A stretch of 64,000 nucleotides of DNA. It comes from Hemiscyllium ocellatum (lineage: Eukaryota). Shown here in pieces: positions 35,852 to 51,200 of the stretch. Positions within the stretch are counted from its first letter, which is position 1; every line of letters begins with the position of its first letter. The stretch lies in assembly GCF_020745735.1 (NCBI RefSeq), contig NC_083426.1:12214001-12278000 (forward strand), in the 5' to 3' direction. The notes beneath the pieces are model-generated. The model worked only from the letters and a program-made list of their open reading frames with translations, was not told the DNA's origin and ran no database searches. Position numbers and translations under genes: made by a program.

Positions 35852-38427
35852 AAATTAAACTGTGCTGTAAATGGTTCCTCAAGTTCCTTCAGCACTGAGC
35901 ATTTTATGTTGTCCAGGAACTGTGTGACAAATAGCTCAGGAGTTCAGGAATACGTCACTAACTGCTAAAGCAGGGACCTTACACAACTCTTCCACAGACT
36001 TTCAAAACGTTTGCTAGACACTTGGGATTGGCCTCCTCAGTCACTGGGAAAACCCCAGAGCCTGTGGGAAAGCCCATTGTGAAACCACAACCCATACCTG
36101 CAGGCACTGTAACACCCTCCTGGCACCCATTGTCTACAGCTCAGTAAAGAGGGAGAACTGTGTCACCTGGAGCAATATGTCTGCAGCCACGTTAGCACAG
36201 TCACTGTCAGAAATGTTCACTGGAGAGGCTTTCTGGAAAGGCAGGGTGAGGACAGTTTTCTTAGAGCCCAGATCAGTGTTAATCAACAGGATACTGTGGG
36301 TGGCACACTCTGGGTCATTCAAGGCTGTACTGAGAGTTTTCAGATCCAGCCCATTGATCACAAACTCTGGGAAGGAAACCTCCTGGGACAGGCTCATGTC
36401 CATGTTGTGGGTGGATCACTGCACCATTCCAGAGCAAATGGGACACCCATCCGAATGTGGGAGGGGCTTTGTGGCAGCTCCAAGTCCTGCGATTGTTTGT
36501 CTCAGAAGAACTGTCTTTTAAAAACTGCTGAGTGACCGTCTACCAGGATATGGCTTTGACACTAAACAAGTCACTTTATATGATCTCTGACAACTTGATC
36601 AGATATTCTTCACTTTGTTAATAATTCCTGCACTCACTGTTTCATCACAGAATCTAATTTTACGATCTGATCCTATTTTTCCAACTTATTCTACAGTGTC
36701 CATGTCATTCAGGGGCTGGGGGATCTTTGCTCTCTGTTTCTGACACTCAGACACTGGTGACCTGACAGCAGAGGGGTTTCATCCTCATTGTGGGGTATCA
36801 ACCTTCAAATGTTTCCAAGTGTTCTCCAGGAATTTACCCAATGTATTGTTTCTGTTTCCCAGACAGAGCATTGCGATGGTCCTCGTTGGTTCAGTCTCTG
36901 GGTAATGATTCCAGTGACTCTCCTTCCATATTAAGGGTTAAGGTGGGAGGCGTGACTTCAGCATTGTGGCTGGGGATGAGCAGGGTTGGTGAAGGGTGTC
37001 AGTCCCTTTGATCTTCTCAAAGGTGAAACCCAGCATGGTTCACCAGACTCACTCATCATCAACCATGTCCTGGTGAATACAAAGCCCCATGTCAGTCGGT
37101 TCACCAGAGGGACCCTCACCTTGGAACAGGTCCAACCATTTACAGTCTGTGAAAGACTGTTTGAACTGTCATGTCTGTTCCATTTTAGGAACCACAGCAG
37201 TTAATTTGTGACAGCAAGCTTCTGCAAGGAACAATCTGATAGTGATCAAATTATCCTTATTTGTGAACTTAGCTGGTTAGAATTATGGATGAGGAGATGA
37301 GGCAACTCCATGACTGTCCTTTGCAATAATGCAATGTAGTTAGTTACTGAGAAATGAGAGTTTTATAAATAAAAATGGACTGGAAGAACTAGGGCCTTTT
37401 TCACTGGAGTGGAGGAGGCTGGGTGGTGACCTTTTTGAGGTTTATAAGATCATGAGCGACACGGATGAGGTCTTTTCTCTCGGGTGTCTGTTCAAAACCT
37501 GGGTGCATGTTTTTAAGGTGAGAGGAGAAATATTTAAAAAGAACATGAGGGGTAATTTTTTCGGAGTAATGAGGCAAATATTTTACACAGAGAGTAGTTC
37601 GTGTTTGGAATAAATTATTGTAATTTTTCTAATGTCTTTAATGTTGAATACAGACTGAAAACTGGAGTGGTCATAAGCCCTCAAACAAAACTTCTTGAGT
37701 TTGCTTTTATTTCTTTTATTTTTGAAGTGCAGTTCATTAAATATTGTTTTGTGAGGAACTGGAGCACACTCCCAGTTACTCAATCACAATTCACTTCTCC
37801 CTGAATTTTCTCCCTGTCAGTTGAGTTTCTGTTTCTGCTTGAAATCGGCCCCATGGCTTGTTTACTTGGATCTTGTGGAAATTGAACAGAGTGTGTCCTT
37901 CTCCTGCACATCTGGGAGTTCAGATCCTGACACAATAATTATTCAGCACTAATGCCAGGAGGAATATTCTGCAAGCAGACAAAATATTCAAAACAATTCG
38001 ACTCTTAGCTGCATGATTATTTTTTGCAAAAGAAATCTGTATTTGCAAAAACGTGTTTGTTGAAATTTTATAACATGGGAGAATATGTCAGTTGTCATTC
38101 AACTGAGATTCCAGTATAAATACTGAGCTTGGATCAACATTGTCCAACGTTATCCTTGGATCAACACTTGATGTTTAACTTTCTTGATTTCAAAACATTC
38201 TATTCTTTCATTGGAAATTAATTCAGTTTTTCTGTTAAACACGACTAATCAAAAAAAATGTTACCACAGTGAACTTTCTGGCCTACTGTAGTTTCACAAA
38301 TTGGCTTCGTATATCCTGTTTCTCATTTAACTTCTTGTAGACATTGCATTACACACTTATTTCGATGTGAGAAACAAGAGCTGTGGGACTGACATCAAGA
38401 ACTGAACTGACCTTTGAGAATAAAACA

Positions 38428-38464
38428 ATGTGGACTTTGATTATCCTCATTTGTTCCATTCCTG
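38428..38464 (+). pseudogene. Orphan signal-peptide exon (MWTLIILICSIP); its V/C2 exons are deleted
   Basis: Intact ATG, frame and G|gtgagt donor, but intron 1 runs into a deleted CR1 (40.16-40.69 kb) and then jumps to 3'-end sequence. Confidence 0.7.
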
Positions 38465-40164
38465 GTGAGTGACCATCTGAATTGTGTATTCAGATAATCA
38501 ATGGTTATTGATATTCAGATAAACCACTGTGTGGTTTATACAGTAGAAATGTTTAAATATTTGAACGTACATATTCAGATAAAGTGAGAGATTGTGACAC
38601 AATGGTTACATTGTTCTTGCTGTGATAAATGCTGAGAGTTTGTTTCTCACTCCAGCACATTTTGCAAAAGCATGTGCGTTCTCACAAAGTCGAACAGGTT
38701 CATTACCAACCTGTAAATCCATCGAACATGCAGGGAGCAGGACTGGGTGAGGTTTCAGGTCAGCCTTACACAATGCAGAGTGACACCCCTCACATTACAG
38801 CGACTGGCTTCAGGCAAGTGACAAGCTGTAGAAAACAGATACAGCATGGACTTTGTCTACACCATGTGTCTCTAAATATGGAAGTCTTGGAAGTTTAAAA
38901 GAACAAATATAAAAATACCTGAACAACATCACAAATATATCTTCTACTGAACATATTGCAATCCCATGTGACACAGTTCCCAAATACTTGAGAGCAGCTT
39001 TATTAATTCTGAATTGAATAGAAATGGACCAAATAATGTTTCTTTTGAGTGAAAAAAGCAGCACAATTATTTTAATTTTTCCAATGATGTTAATGTTGAA
39101 TATACACTGAAAACTGGAGTTGTAATAAGCCCTCAAGGGAAACATCTTGAGTTGATTAAATTTTGTTTTGTGAGGCTCAGTTGCAAAAGTAGATGATTGG
39201 TTTATATTTCTCTTCACAGAAAAAGCCTTTTATCTTTCAGTCATGAACGTGAATCAAATCGCTGACTCTCTTTCAATCCCACTGCTTTACACATTACAAT
39301 GTAACACTAAAACTATTGCTCATCATTGCAATCTCTCCATTTATGAGCAAGGAATTGTCAAACACTCAAGATTAAAATCCCCAGTGTGGCATTACTCTAG
39401 GCTACAACTCAGTGAATTCTGTTACATGAAAACTTCCTGAAACATTTTGTGGCTCTCGCCCACCAAATTCATGTAGAATACTTCACGGGCAGAAACCTGA
39501 AGCATGAATCTCTCTGTTTTCACAACTCTCTCTCATTCAAGGCTTCCTTTTTCCAATGAGGTCTCTTTCTCCTGACTTTCATCAGCTTTACATATTCATG
39601 ACCTGAATGCCTTTCTCTCCTCCTCTCCACCTTAGATTTCAATTCCATTCTGTCATTTTACTCAAGAATTGTTCTCCACAAAAAGGCTGGTTCTCCCAAC
39701 AAGATTGTTGGTCTGGTATTTATTGAAGTAATGTCTCCCCAGTCATCAACAGGCTGTTCCTCTTCCACACCAGGAAACAACATTGCAGCAATTTAAGCAC
39801 TATCTCATGAAACATCTCTCTGGTACAGTCAGTAAATTATTTAGGTTATGTTACATTCCTTACACTGACAACAATGTGTGATTACAAACCATCCTGCCTT
39901 TACTGCCCTCAAGATCCTACACATTGATCTCTCTCTCCCTTGCTGAACTCCAATTCTCTTCCTCTCCCACTTGAGGACTGTCATAATCTTGCCTGGGTCA
40001 CCTGTTGTATCTACACGTTGAGCCTTAAAAATGCAGCCCCTGAGCCCACCATGAGTCTACACACACACCCCCCTCCTCCCTGGATTAATCCCTTGCTCTC
40101 CGGTCAGAGTAAGGATCCATCAGCATCTGGAGGAGTTTCAATGTTTCACTGTTTCAATCATTCA

Positions 40165-40695
40165 TAGAGATGTACAGCATGGAAACAGACCCTTCGATCC
40201 AATCCGTCCACACCGATCAGATATCCCAACCCAATCTAGTCCCACCTGCCAGCACCCAACCCATATCCCTCCAAACTCTTCCTATTCATACACCCATTCA
40301 AAGGCCTCTTAAATGTTGCAATTGTACCAGCCTTCACCGCATCCTGGTAGCTCATTCCATACACATACCACCCTCTGCGTGAAAACATTTCCCCATAGGT
40401 CCCTTTTATATCTTTCCCCTCTCACCCTAAAACTATGGGTGTATCCAGGAATATCCTCCCTAAGCTCAGCTGATAATCCTATCCCTTATCAAAAATGCCA
40501 CCGCCCCCTCCCCCCCACACTCCTCTTTTGCCTACCTTTCTATCCTTCCTGTAGCATTTGTATCCTGGAACATTCAGCTGTCAGTCCTGCTCATCCCTGA
40601 GCCATGTTTCTGTAATTGCTATGATATCGCAATCCCATGGTCCTAACCATGCCCTGAGTTCATCTGCCTTCCCTATTAACCCTCTTACATTGAAA
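40165..40695 (-). mobile_element. Internally deleted copy of the CR1 insertion at 48221
   Basis: Same flank (TGTTTCAATC[A/G]TTCATAGAG); CR1 3' end joined at ~40440 to the start of ORF2. Confidence 0.8.
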
Positions 40696-43600
40696 TTAAT
40701 TGGAGAGGGTGAGGGCCAATAAGGGCTTTGCATTTCTGAAAGACATGGCTCTGATGGGAAATTAGGGACATAATGGCTATACAGCGAGAATGAACAGAAA
40801 CGGTGAGGTGACAAACATCATCGGGTCCACAGGTACAGCAACAATAAAGAGAGGAAGAAGGATCATTCTGCATCACAGGGAGAGACTGCTGTTAATTCAC
40901 AGAAACACCTCACTCCCCCTGTCTGTAGGATATGGAGCACCTTATCAAAGCTACTAATAGTTCTGAAGAACAGTCAATGGACCCAAAACAGTAATTCTGC
41001 TTTTGCTGCACAGACACAGTCAGACCTGCTGTGTTTCTCCAGCAATTTCCGTTTTTGTCTCAAAAACACTCAGTTGACACTTCACCAATCCTGACCCAGT
41101 CACTGCACAATGACAGTGTAATATGATAGACACCCAATTGCACAGTAGGGTGGAGTCAGTTATTCATACTTTGGATGGGCAGGGGGAGGTGGGTGTTGGA
41201 GTATAATTCGATGAATTTGAAACCTCGTCAGGGTAATTGCATCCACCATGCATCCACTGGCATCAAATTACACTTCAACTACAGGTCACTCATTGTCCAG
41301 AAAGAAACATTACAGGTGATGGCCTCAAGCAATCATTGCAACAACATTGTTCACCCTCGGTCTCTCATTAAGGAGGCGAATGTAATCAGACAAGTACATT
41401 TTAAAGGGCCACTTGGGTTTGGTATTTCTGTAATGCACTGCAGTGGAAGGCAGCAATCCTCAGTTACAATGGCCATACACTGAATTGTCAGTCTGTGAGG
41501 AGGTAGTCTGCAATGTGTAAGGCTCCTTGGTTGTGCCAATAACATTTGGATGAGGGTATACACATTGGACATCCTAATGGGGTTATGACAACATTTCCCC
41601 TGAATTTTCACTCTCCCTCTCTCTCTCTCTCCCTCACACACATACATGTCTATGGGATGAATTGCATTTAAATTTGTATTTGCAGATATTTTATATTATG
41701 TTCAAAAAACACACAATCTATAAACAGTGAGTTAATGTGATATTTTATAAATTCCTTCTTTCAAAATGAATCCTGTCTGACTCCATGCTGGAAACAGACT
41801 CTAACCTCATTCCTGCAATGCATTGTCTGAGCTGACGTGGCACTTTTTTATTTACCGATAAAACCTGAAGATATATCGGGACGGTGACTTGACAGAAATT
41901 CTGGGATTTACATATTAATCAATGGAAACCTGCAGCCTCATTCTTAGTGACTGAAGACTTAACAGCAATCTAGGTTTCTCTAATACATTGTATCCATTGT
42001 GTGAAAATTTGATCTTTTATTTATAAATTCTGTGCTCGATATATCCTGCTCCACTGACTCCCTGATAAAAGAGTAGTGCTCTGAAAGCTTGTATTTTCAA
42101 ATAAACCTGTTGGACCTGGTGTTGTGTGATTTACAGCTTTGTCCATCCCAGTCCAACAGCAGCCCCTCCACATCCTGAATCTTCTTGCCAGTGGCTCATA
42201 TCCAGCAGACAGTGAGTGCTGAGCCTGAGTCTGAATGACAGTTGTTCACCTCTCCAAGGAGACAGCTAGACATATGGCTCAGGATTGATAATGATGGTTG
42301 ATGCCTCCATCCCCATTGATCCAGTTTAAGGACTGTCTCTGACATACCGACCTGCTGTGATTGTGCTTGTCTCTGCATTTTCACAACTTCAATAAAATTA
42401 CACCTGACAGTCCTGAATGTTGAAGCCATTGTCTCTATCACAGCACATTCACCTTTCCTTCGCCACTGACTCCATCCATCTCCCTGCTCAACAGAGCCCT
42501 CATCCATGATGTTATTAGTTTCATGTCCAACCATTCCAACATCATTCAATCTGGCCTTGAATCTTCCAATTTACACTCTTCCATCTCTCTGCTCCAGCTT
42601 TGCATCTTTGTAGGTGCTATGTGAATGCAACTTGCCATATTCGCAAACACACTGACAAGGCAAGGCTTTCAAATGAATGTGCTTCTCAGCTCACTGTAGT
42701 TAGAAAGCTGCAAATACACCGATCATTCTGAAATAATGTGAAATTTTATCCCAAACATGACAATCCAAATTAAGTTCAATGGAATTAAATAATTTAAAAA
42801 CTTTATGAAATTAAAATTTAAATCTGGTAAAATATATTTCTTCCCAAAATTACTTTATTTTTAAATATGTTTCTATCTGCAGCATGCTGTGTGTGAATGG
42901 CTCATTGTAAATGATCACACATTCAGTTTGGGACCATTCCATTAAACCCTCAAACAGGCTCATGGTCAATGAGGAATGTAACTGAGAATTATAGAGTCCC
43001 TACAGTGCAGAAAGAGGCCATTTGGCCCATCTGGTCTGCACCATCCATCTGAAGAGCATCCCACCAGACCCAGAACCCCACTCTTTCCCACAGCCACACA
43101 TTTCCCATGGCTAACCCACTGAGACTATACATCCCTGGACACTCTGGGCAATTCAGCATGACCATTCCACCTAATCTGCACATTGGTAGACAGTGGGAAA
43201 AAACTGCAACACTTGGAGAAAACCCACAGAGACTCAGGGAGAACATACAAACTGTACACAGACAATCACCCAAGGTTTGAACTGAACCCAGAGCATGGGG
43301 ACTGTGAGGCAGCAGTGCTAACACTGAGACACTGTGCTGTCCATTTCTGAGAAGTTGAGATGTAAAACGCAAGTTTCCACACTTGTTGCATGTTTTGATG
43401 TTCATTGTGTTTTCACACTATCAGAAAAAAGTGTGAATATGATCAAGGGAGATGTGTGATAGATAGCCATAGATGTACAATGAGAGTAAGTGTTAGTTAC
43501 TTTGGTCTGCAAATTGGAGAGAGAGCTGCCCTGGTACAGCATTTGCTGAAGGCTCATGTTGTGGGGCCTGGTCCATTTGAAGGACATTGTTGGATGTGGA

Positions 43601-46305
43601 TGTAACAAACAGTGGACAGATGTATCGGGGTCCATCCTGAGCAGGATGTAGGTTATGAATCACAAAGAGGACAGCTGAAAGGGGAGAGAAGCTTTATCGA
43701 TTAATCTACAGGGGAGATTCCAGAGGATCAGAAGAAGAGTTATCAATTAAACTGTGCTGTAAACTGTTCCTAAAGTTCCTTCAGCACTGACCATTTTATA
43801 TTGTCTAGGAAATGTGTGACAAATAGCTCAGGGGAGTTCAGGAATATGTCACGAACTGTTACAGCAGGGACCTTACACAACTCTTCCAAAGGCTTTCAAA
43901 ACGTTTGCTAGACACTTGGGATAGGCCTCCTCAGTCACTGGTAAAACCCCAGAGCCTGTGGGGAAAGCCCATTGTGAAACCACAACCCATACCTGCAGGC
44001 ACTGTAACACCCTCCTGGCACCCATTGTCTACAGCTCAGTAAAGAGGGAGAACTGTGTCACCTGGAGCAATATGTCTGCAGCCACGTTTGCACAGCCACT
44101 GACAGAAATGTTCAGTGGAAAGGCATTCTGGAAAGGCAGGATAGGGACAGTTTTCTTAGAGCCCAGATCAGTGTTAATCAACAGGATATTGTGGGTGGCA
44201 CACTCTGGGTCATTCAAGGCTGTACTGAGAGTTTTCAGATCCAGCCCTTTGATCACAATCTCTGGGAAGGAAACCTCCTGGGACAGGCTCATGTCCATGT
44301 TGTGGGTGGATCACTGCACCATTCCAGAGCAAATGGGACATCCATCCGAATGAGGGAGGGGCTTTGTGGCAGCTCCAGGTCCTGCAATTGTTTGTCTCAG
44401 AAGAACAGTCTTTTAAAAACTGCTGAGTGACCGTCTACCAGGATATGGCTTTGACACTGAGCAAGTCATTTTACAGGATCTCTGACAATTTGATCAGATA
44501 TTCTTCACTTTGTTAATAATTGCTGCCATCACTGCTTCATCACAGAATCTAATTTTTCAATCCGATCCTATTTTTCCAACTGAATCTACAGTGTCCATGT
44601 CATTCAGGGGCTGGGGGATTTCTGCTCTCTGTTTCTGACACTCAGACACTGGTAACCTGACAGCAGAGGGGTTTTATCCCCATTAGGGTATCAACCCTCA
44701 AATGTTTCTAAGTGTTCTCCAGGAATTTACCCAACGTATTATTTCTGTTTCCCAGACAGAGCATTGCGATGGTCCTCGTTGGTTCAGTCTCTGGTTAATG
44801 ACTCCAGTGACTCTCCTTCCATATTAAGGGTTAAGGTGGGGGCACTGCCTTCAGCATTGTGGCTGGGGATGAGCAGGGTTGGTGAAGGGTGTCAGTCCCT
44901 TTGATCCTCTCAAAGGTGAAACCCAGCATGGTTCACCAGACTCACTCATCATCAACCATGTCCTGGTGAATACAAAGCCCCATGTCCGTCAGGACACCAG
45001 AGGGATCCTCACCTTGGAACAGGCCCAACCATTTACAGTCTGTGAAAGACTGTTTGAACTGTCATGTCTGTTCCATTTTAGGAACCACAGCAGTTAATTT
45101 GTGACAGCAAGCTTCTGCAAGGAACAATCTGATAATGATCAAATTGTCTTTATTTGTGACCTTAGTTGGTGAGAATTATGGATGAGGAGATGAGGCAACT
45201 CCACGACTGTCCTTTGAAATAATGCAATGTAGTTTGTTGCTGCGAAATGAGAGTTTTATAAATCAAAATGGACTGGAAGGACTGGGACCTTTTTCACTGG
45301 AGTGGAGGAGGCTGGGTGGTGACCTTTTTGAGGTTTATAAGATCATGAGCGACACGGATGAGGTCTTTTCTCTCGGGTGTCTGTTCAAAACCTGGGTGCA
45401 TGTTTTTAAGGTGAGAGGAGAAATGTTTAAAAAGAACATGAGGGGAAATTTTTTCGGAGAAATGAGGCAAATATTTTACACAGAGAGAAGTTCGTGTGTG
45501 GAATAAATTATTGTAATTTTTCCAATGTCTTTAATGTTGAATACAGACTGAAAACTGGAGTGGTCATAAGCCCTCAAACAAAACATCTTGAGTTTTTATT
45601 TCTTTTATTTTTGAAGTGCAGTTCATTAAATATTGTTTTGTGAGGAACTGGAGCACACTCCCAGTTACTCAATCACAATTCACTTCGCCCTGAATTTTCT
45701 CTCCGTTGTTGAGTTTCTGTTTCTGCTTGAAATCGGCCCCAGGGCTTGTTTACTTGGATCTTGTGGAAATGGAACAGAGGGTGTCCTTCTCCTGTACATC
45801 TGGGAGTTCAGATCCTGACACAATAATTATTCAGCACTAATGCCAGGAGGAATATTCTGCAAGCAGACAAAATATTCAAAACAATTCGACTCTTAGCTGC
45901 ATGATTATTTTTTGCAAAAGAAATCTTTATTTGCAAAAAAGTGTTTGTTGAAATTTTATAACATGGGAGAATATGTCAGTTATCATTCAACTGAGATTTC
46001 AGTATAAATACTGAGCTTGGATCAACATTATCCTCAACACTTGATGTTTTAACTTTCTTGATTTCAGAACATTCTATTCTTTCATAGGAAATTAATTCAG
46101 TTTTCTGTTAAACACGACTAATCAAAAAAAAGTCTTCACAGTGAACTTTCACCATCTGGCCGACTGTAGTTTCACAAACTGGCTTCGTATATCCTGTTCC
46201 TCACTTAACTTCTGGTAGACATTGCATTACACACTTATTTCAATGTGAGAAACAAGAGCTGTGGGACTGACATCAAGAACTCAACTGATCTTTGAGAATA
46301 AAACG

Positions 46306-46342
46306 ATGTGGACTTTGATTCTCCTCATTTGTTCCATTCCCG
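46306..46342 (+). CDS. Gene C exon 1, signal peptide (MWTLILLICSIP)
   Basis: ATG, 37 nt, phase-1 donor G|gtgagt. Confidence 0.82.
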
Positions 46343-48220
46343 GTGAGTGACCATCTGAGTTGTATATTCAGATAATCAATGTTTGTTGAAGTCCACTGTG
46401 TGGTTTATACAGTAGAAATGCTTAAATATTTGAAGATACATAATCGGATAAAGTGAGAGCTTGTGACACAATGGTTACATTGTTCTTGCTGTGATAAATG
46501 CTGAGAGTTTGATTCTCACTCCAGCACATTTTGCAAAAGCATGTGTGTTCTCACAAAATCGAACAGGGTCATTACCAACCTGTAAATCCATCTAACATGC
46601 CCAGTGCAGGGAGCAGGACTGGGTGAGGTTCCAGGTCAGCCTTACACAATGCAGAGTGACACCCCTCACATTACAGCAACTGGCTTCAGGCGAGAGACAA
46701 GCTGTAGAAAACAGACACAGCATGTACTTTGTCTACACCATGTGTCTCTAAATATGGAAGTCTTGGAAGTTTAAAAGAACAAATATAAAAATACCTGAAC
46801 AACATCACAAATATACCTTCTACTGAACATATTGCAATCCCATGTGACAGAGTTCCCAAATACTTGAGAGCAGCTTTATTAATTCTGAATTAAATAAAAG
46901 TGGACCAAATAATGTTTCTTTTGAGCGAAAAAAGCAGAACAATTATTTTAATTTTTCCAATGATTTTAATGTTGAATATACACTGACAACTGGAGTTGTA
47001 ATAAGCCCTCAAGGGAAACATTTTGAGTTGAATAAATATTGTTTTGTGAGGCTCAGTTGCAAAAGTAGATGGTTGGTTTATATTTCTCTTCAAAGAAAAA
47101 GCCTTTTATCTTTCAGTCATGAACGTGAATCAAGTCGCTGACTCTCTTTCAATCCCACTGCTTTACACATTACAATGTAACACTAAAACTATTGCTCATC
47201 ATTGCAATCTCTCCATTTATGAGCAAGGAATTGTCAAACACTTAAGATTAAAATTCCCAGTGTGGCATTACTCAAGGCTACAACTCCGTGAATTCTGTTA
47301 CATGAAAACTTCCTGAAACATTTTGTGGCACTCGCCCACCAAATTCATGTAGAATACTTCACGGGCAGAAACCTGAAGCATGAATCTCTCTGTTTTCACA
47401 ACTCTCTTTCATTCAAGGCTTCCTTTTTCCAATGAGGTCTCTTTCTCCTGACTTTCATCAGCTTTACATATTCATGACCTGAATGCCTTTCTCTTCTCCT
47501 CTCCACCTTAGATTTCAATTCCATTCTGTCATTTTACTCAAGAATTGTTCTCCACAAAAAGGCTGGTTCTCCCAACAAGATTGTTGGTCTGGTATTTATT
47601 GAAGTCAAGTCTCCCCAGTCATCAACAGGCTGTTCCTCTTCCACACCAGGTAACAACATTGCAGCAATTTAAGCACTATCTCATGAAACATCTCTCTGGT
47701 ACAGTCAGTAAATTATTTATGTTATTTTACATTCCTTACACTGACAACAATGTGTGATTACAAACCATCCTGCCTTTACTGCCCTCAAGGTCCTACACAT
47801 TGATCTCTCTCTCTCCCATCGTGAACCATCCCTTGCTGAACTACAATTTTCTTCCTCTCCCACTTGAGGACTGTCATCATCTTGCCTGGGTCACCTGTTG
47901 TATCTACACGTTGAGCCCTGAAAATGCAGCCCCTGAGCCCACCATGAGTCTACACACACCCCTCTTCTCCCTCAATTAAACCCTCATTCTCCGGTCAGAG
48001 TAAGGATCCTTCAGCACCTGTCCCCTTCATCACACTGATCCCCAGCCAACTCCAACCCAAGCCCATCACTCAGGCTGCTCTCTGTGGGGTGGGGCAACAT
48101 TTCAATGATGTCACACACGGTGGAGTTAGAGCCCACAGCGTGCAGCACAAGCCCAATTTCAAGATTGTCGCAAAGCTCGACCGGTGGGGTAAGAAAATAT
48201 CCCAACTGTTTCAATCGTTC

Positions 48221-51200
48221 ATAGAGTCATAGAGTCATAGAGATGTACAGCATGGAAACAGACCCTTTGGGCCAACCCGTCCACACCAACCAGATATCCC
48301 AACCAAATTTAGTCCCACCTGCCAGCGCCCAGTCCATATCCCTCCAAACCCTTCCTATTCATATACCCATCCAAATATCTCTTCAATGTTGCAATTGTAC
48401 CAGCCTCCACCGCATCCTGGTAGCTCATTCCATACATGTACCACCCTCTGCTTGAAAACGTTGCCCCTTAGGTTTCTTTTATATCTTTCCCCTCTCACCC
48501 TAAAACTATGCCCTCTAGTTCTGGACTCCCTGACCCCAGGGAAAAGACTTTGTCTATTTATCCTATCCATGCTCCTCATAATTTTGTGAACCTCTGTCTC
48601 CGACGCTCAAGGGAAAACAGCCCCAGCCTGTTCAGCCTCTACCTGTAGCTCAGATCCTCAACCCTGGCAACATCCTTGTAAATCTTTTCTGAACCCTTTC
48701 AAGTTTCGCAACATCTTTCCGATAGGAAGGAGACCAGAATTGTACGCAATATTCCAACAGTGACCTAACCAATGTCCTGTACAGCTGCAACATGACCTCC
48801 CAACTCCTGTACTCAGTACTCTGGCCAACAAAGGAAAGCATACCAAATGCTTTCTTCACTATCCTATCTACCTGCGACTCCACTTGCAAGGAGCTATGAA
48901 CCTGCACTCCAAGATCTCTTTGTTATGCAACACTCCCTCGGACCTTACCATTAAGGGTATAAGTCCTGCTCAGATTTGCTTTCCCAAAATGCAGCATCTT
49001 GCATTTATCTGAATTAAATTCCATCTGCCACTTCTCAGCTCATTGGCCCATCTGGTCCATTACGACTCCAATTTTGGTGTCATCTGCAGACTTACTAACT
49101 GTACCTCTTATGCTTGTATTCAAATCATTTATGTAAATGACAAAAAGTAGAAGGCCCAGCATCGATCCTTGTGGCACTGCACTGGTCACAGGCCTCCAGT
49201 CTGAAAAGCAACCCTCCACCAACACCCTCTGTCTTCTACCTTTGAGCCAGTTCTGTATTCAAATGGCTAGTTCTCCCTGTATTCCATGAGATCTAACCTT
49301 GCTAATCAGTCTCCCATGGGGAACCTTGTCGAACGTCCTACTGAAGTCAATATAGATCACATCTACTGCTCTGCCCTCATCAATCTTCTTTGTTATTTCT
49401 TCAAAAAACTCAATCAAGTTTGTGAGACATGATTTCCCACGCACAAAAGCCATGTTGACTATCCTGAATCAACCCTGGCCTTTTCAAATACATATACATC
49501 CTGTCCGTCAGGATTCCCTGCGACAATTTGCCCACCACTGAAGTCAAGCACACTGGTCTATAGTTCCCTGGCTTGTCTTTACCACCCTTCATAAACAGTG
49601 GCACCACTTTTGCCAACCTCTAGTCTTCCGGCACCTCACCTGTGACTATCGATGATACAAATATCTCAGCAAGAGGTCCAGCAATCTCTTTTCTAGCTTC
49701 CCACAGAGTTCTCGGGGACACCTGATCAGCTCCTGGGGATTTATCCACCTTTAACCTTTTCAAGGCATTCAGAACTTCCTCCTCTGTAATCTGGACATTT
49801 TGCAAGATGTCACCATCTGTTTCCCTACAGTCTGTATCTTCCATATCTTTCTCCACAGTAAATACTGATGCAAAATATTCTTTCAGTATCTCCCCCATTT
49901 TCTGCAGCTCCACACAAAGGCCGCCTTGCTGATCTTTGTGGGGTCCTATTCTCTCCCTAGTTATCCTTTTGTCCTTAATATATTTGTAAAACCCCTTTGG
50001 ATTCTCCTTAATTCTATTTGCCAAAGCTATCTCATGTCCCTGTTTTGCCCTCCTGATTTCCCTCTTAAGTATCCTCCTTCTTTCTTTTTACTCTTCTAAG
50101 GATTCACTCGATCTCTCCTGTCTCCACCTGACATATGCTTCTTTCTTTTTCTTTATCAAACCCTCAATTTCTTCAGTCATCCAGAATTCCCATTCACCCT
50201 GACAGGAATATACTTTCTCTGGATTCCTGTTATCACTTTTCTGAAAGCTTACCATTTTCCAGCTGTCCCTTTACCTGCGAACATCTGCCTCCAATCAGCG
50301 TTTGAAAGTTCTTGCTTAATGCCGTCAAAATTGGCCTTTCTCCAATTTAGAACTTCAACTTTTGGATGTGGTCCATCCTTTTCCATCACTATTTTTAAAC
50401 GAATAGAATTATGGTCTTTGGCCACAAAGTGCTCCCCCATTGACACCTCAGTCACCTTCCCTGCCTTATTTCCCAAGAGTAGGTCAGGTTTTGCACCTTC
50501 TCTAGTAGGTACATCCACATACTGAATCAGAAAATTGTCTTGTACACACTTAAGAAATTCCTCTCCATCTGAACCTTTAACACAATGGCAGTGCCAGTCG
50601 ATGTTTGAAAAGTTTAAATCCCCTACCATAACTACCCTATTATTCTTACAGATAGCTGAGATCTCCTGACAAGTTTGTTTCTCAATTTCTCTCTGACTGC
50701 TGCGAGGTTTATAATACAATCCCAATAAAATGATCATCCCTTTCTTATTTCTCAGTTCCACCCAAATAACTTCCCTGGATGTATTTCCAGGAATATCACC
50801 CTTAGCACAGCTGTAATGCTATCCCGAATCAAAAATGTCACTCCCCTCCTCTCTTGCCTCCCTTTCTATCCTTCCTGTAGCATTTGCATCCTGGAACATT
50901 CAGCTGCCAGTCCTGCCCATCCCTGAGCCATGTTTCCGTATATGCTATGATATCCCAGTCCCAAGTTCCTCACCATGCTCTTAGTTCATCTGCATTCCCT
51001 GTTAGGCCCCTTGCATTGAAACAAATGCAGTTTCATTTATTAGTCCTACCTTGTTCCTGCCTGCCCTGACTGTTTGACTCACTTCTGTTCTCAGCTGTAC
51101 CCATCTCAGATCGATCTCTTTCCTCACTATCTCCCTGGGTCCCACCGCCCCTCCCACACTCCCTGACCCCACCTTACTAGTTTAAATCCTCTCAAGCAGT

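Larger units (their letters stand above)
33345..40440 (+). repeat. Segmental duplication copy X of the intergenic, promoter, leader and intron-1 block
   Basis: Colinear with 41610-48510, sharing PLE, SINE and CR1 insertions; more distantly matches 17.8-21.5 kb. Confidence 0.9.
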
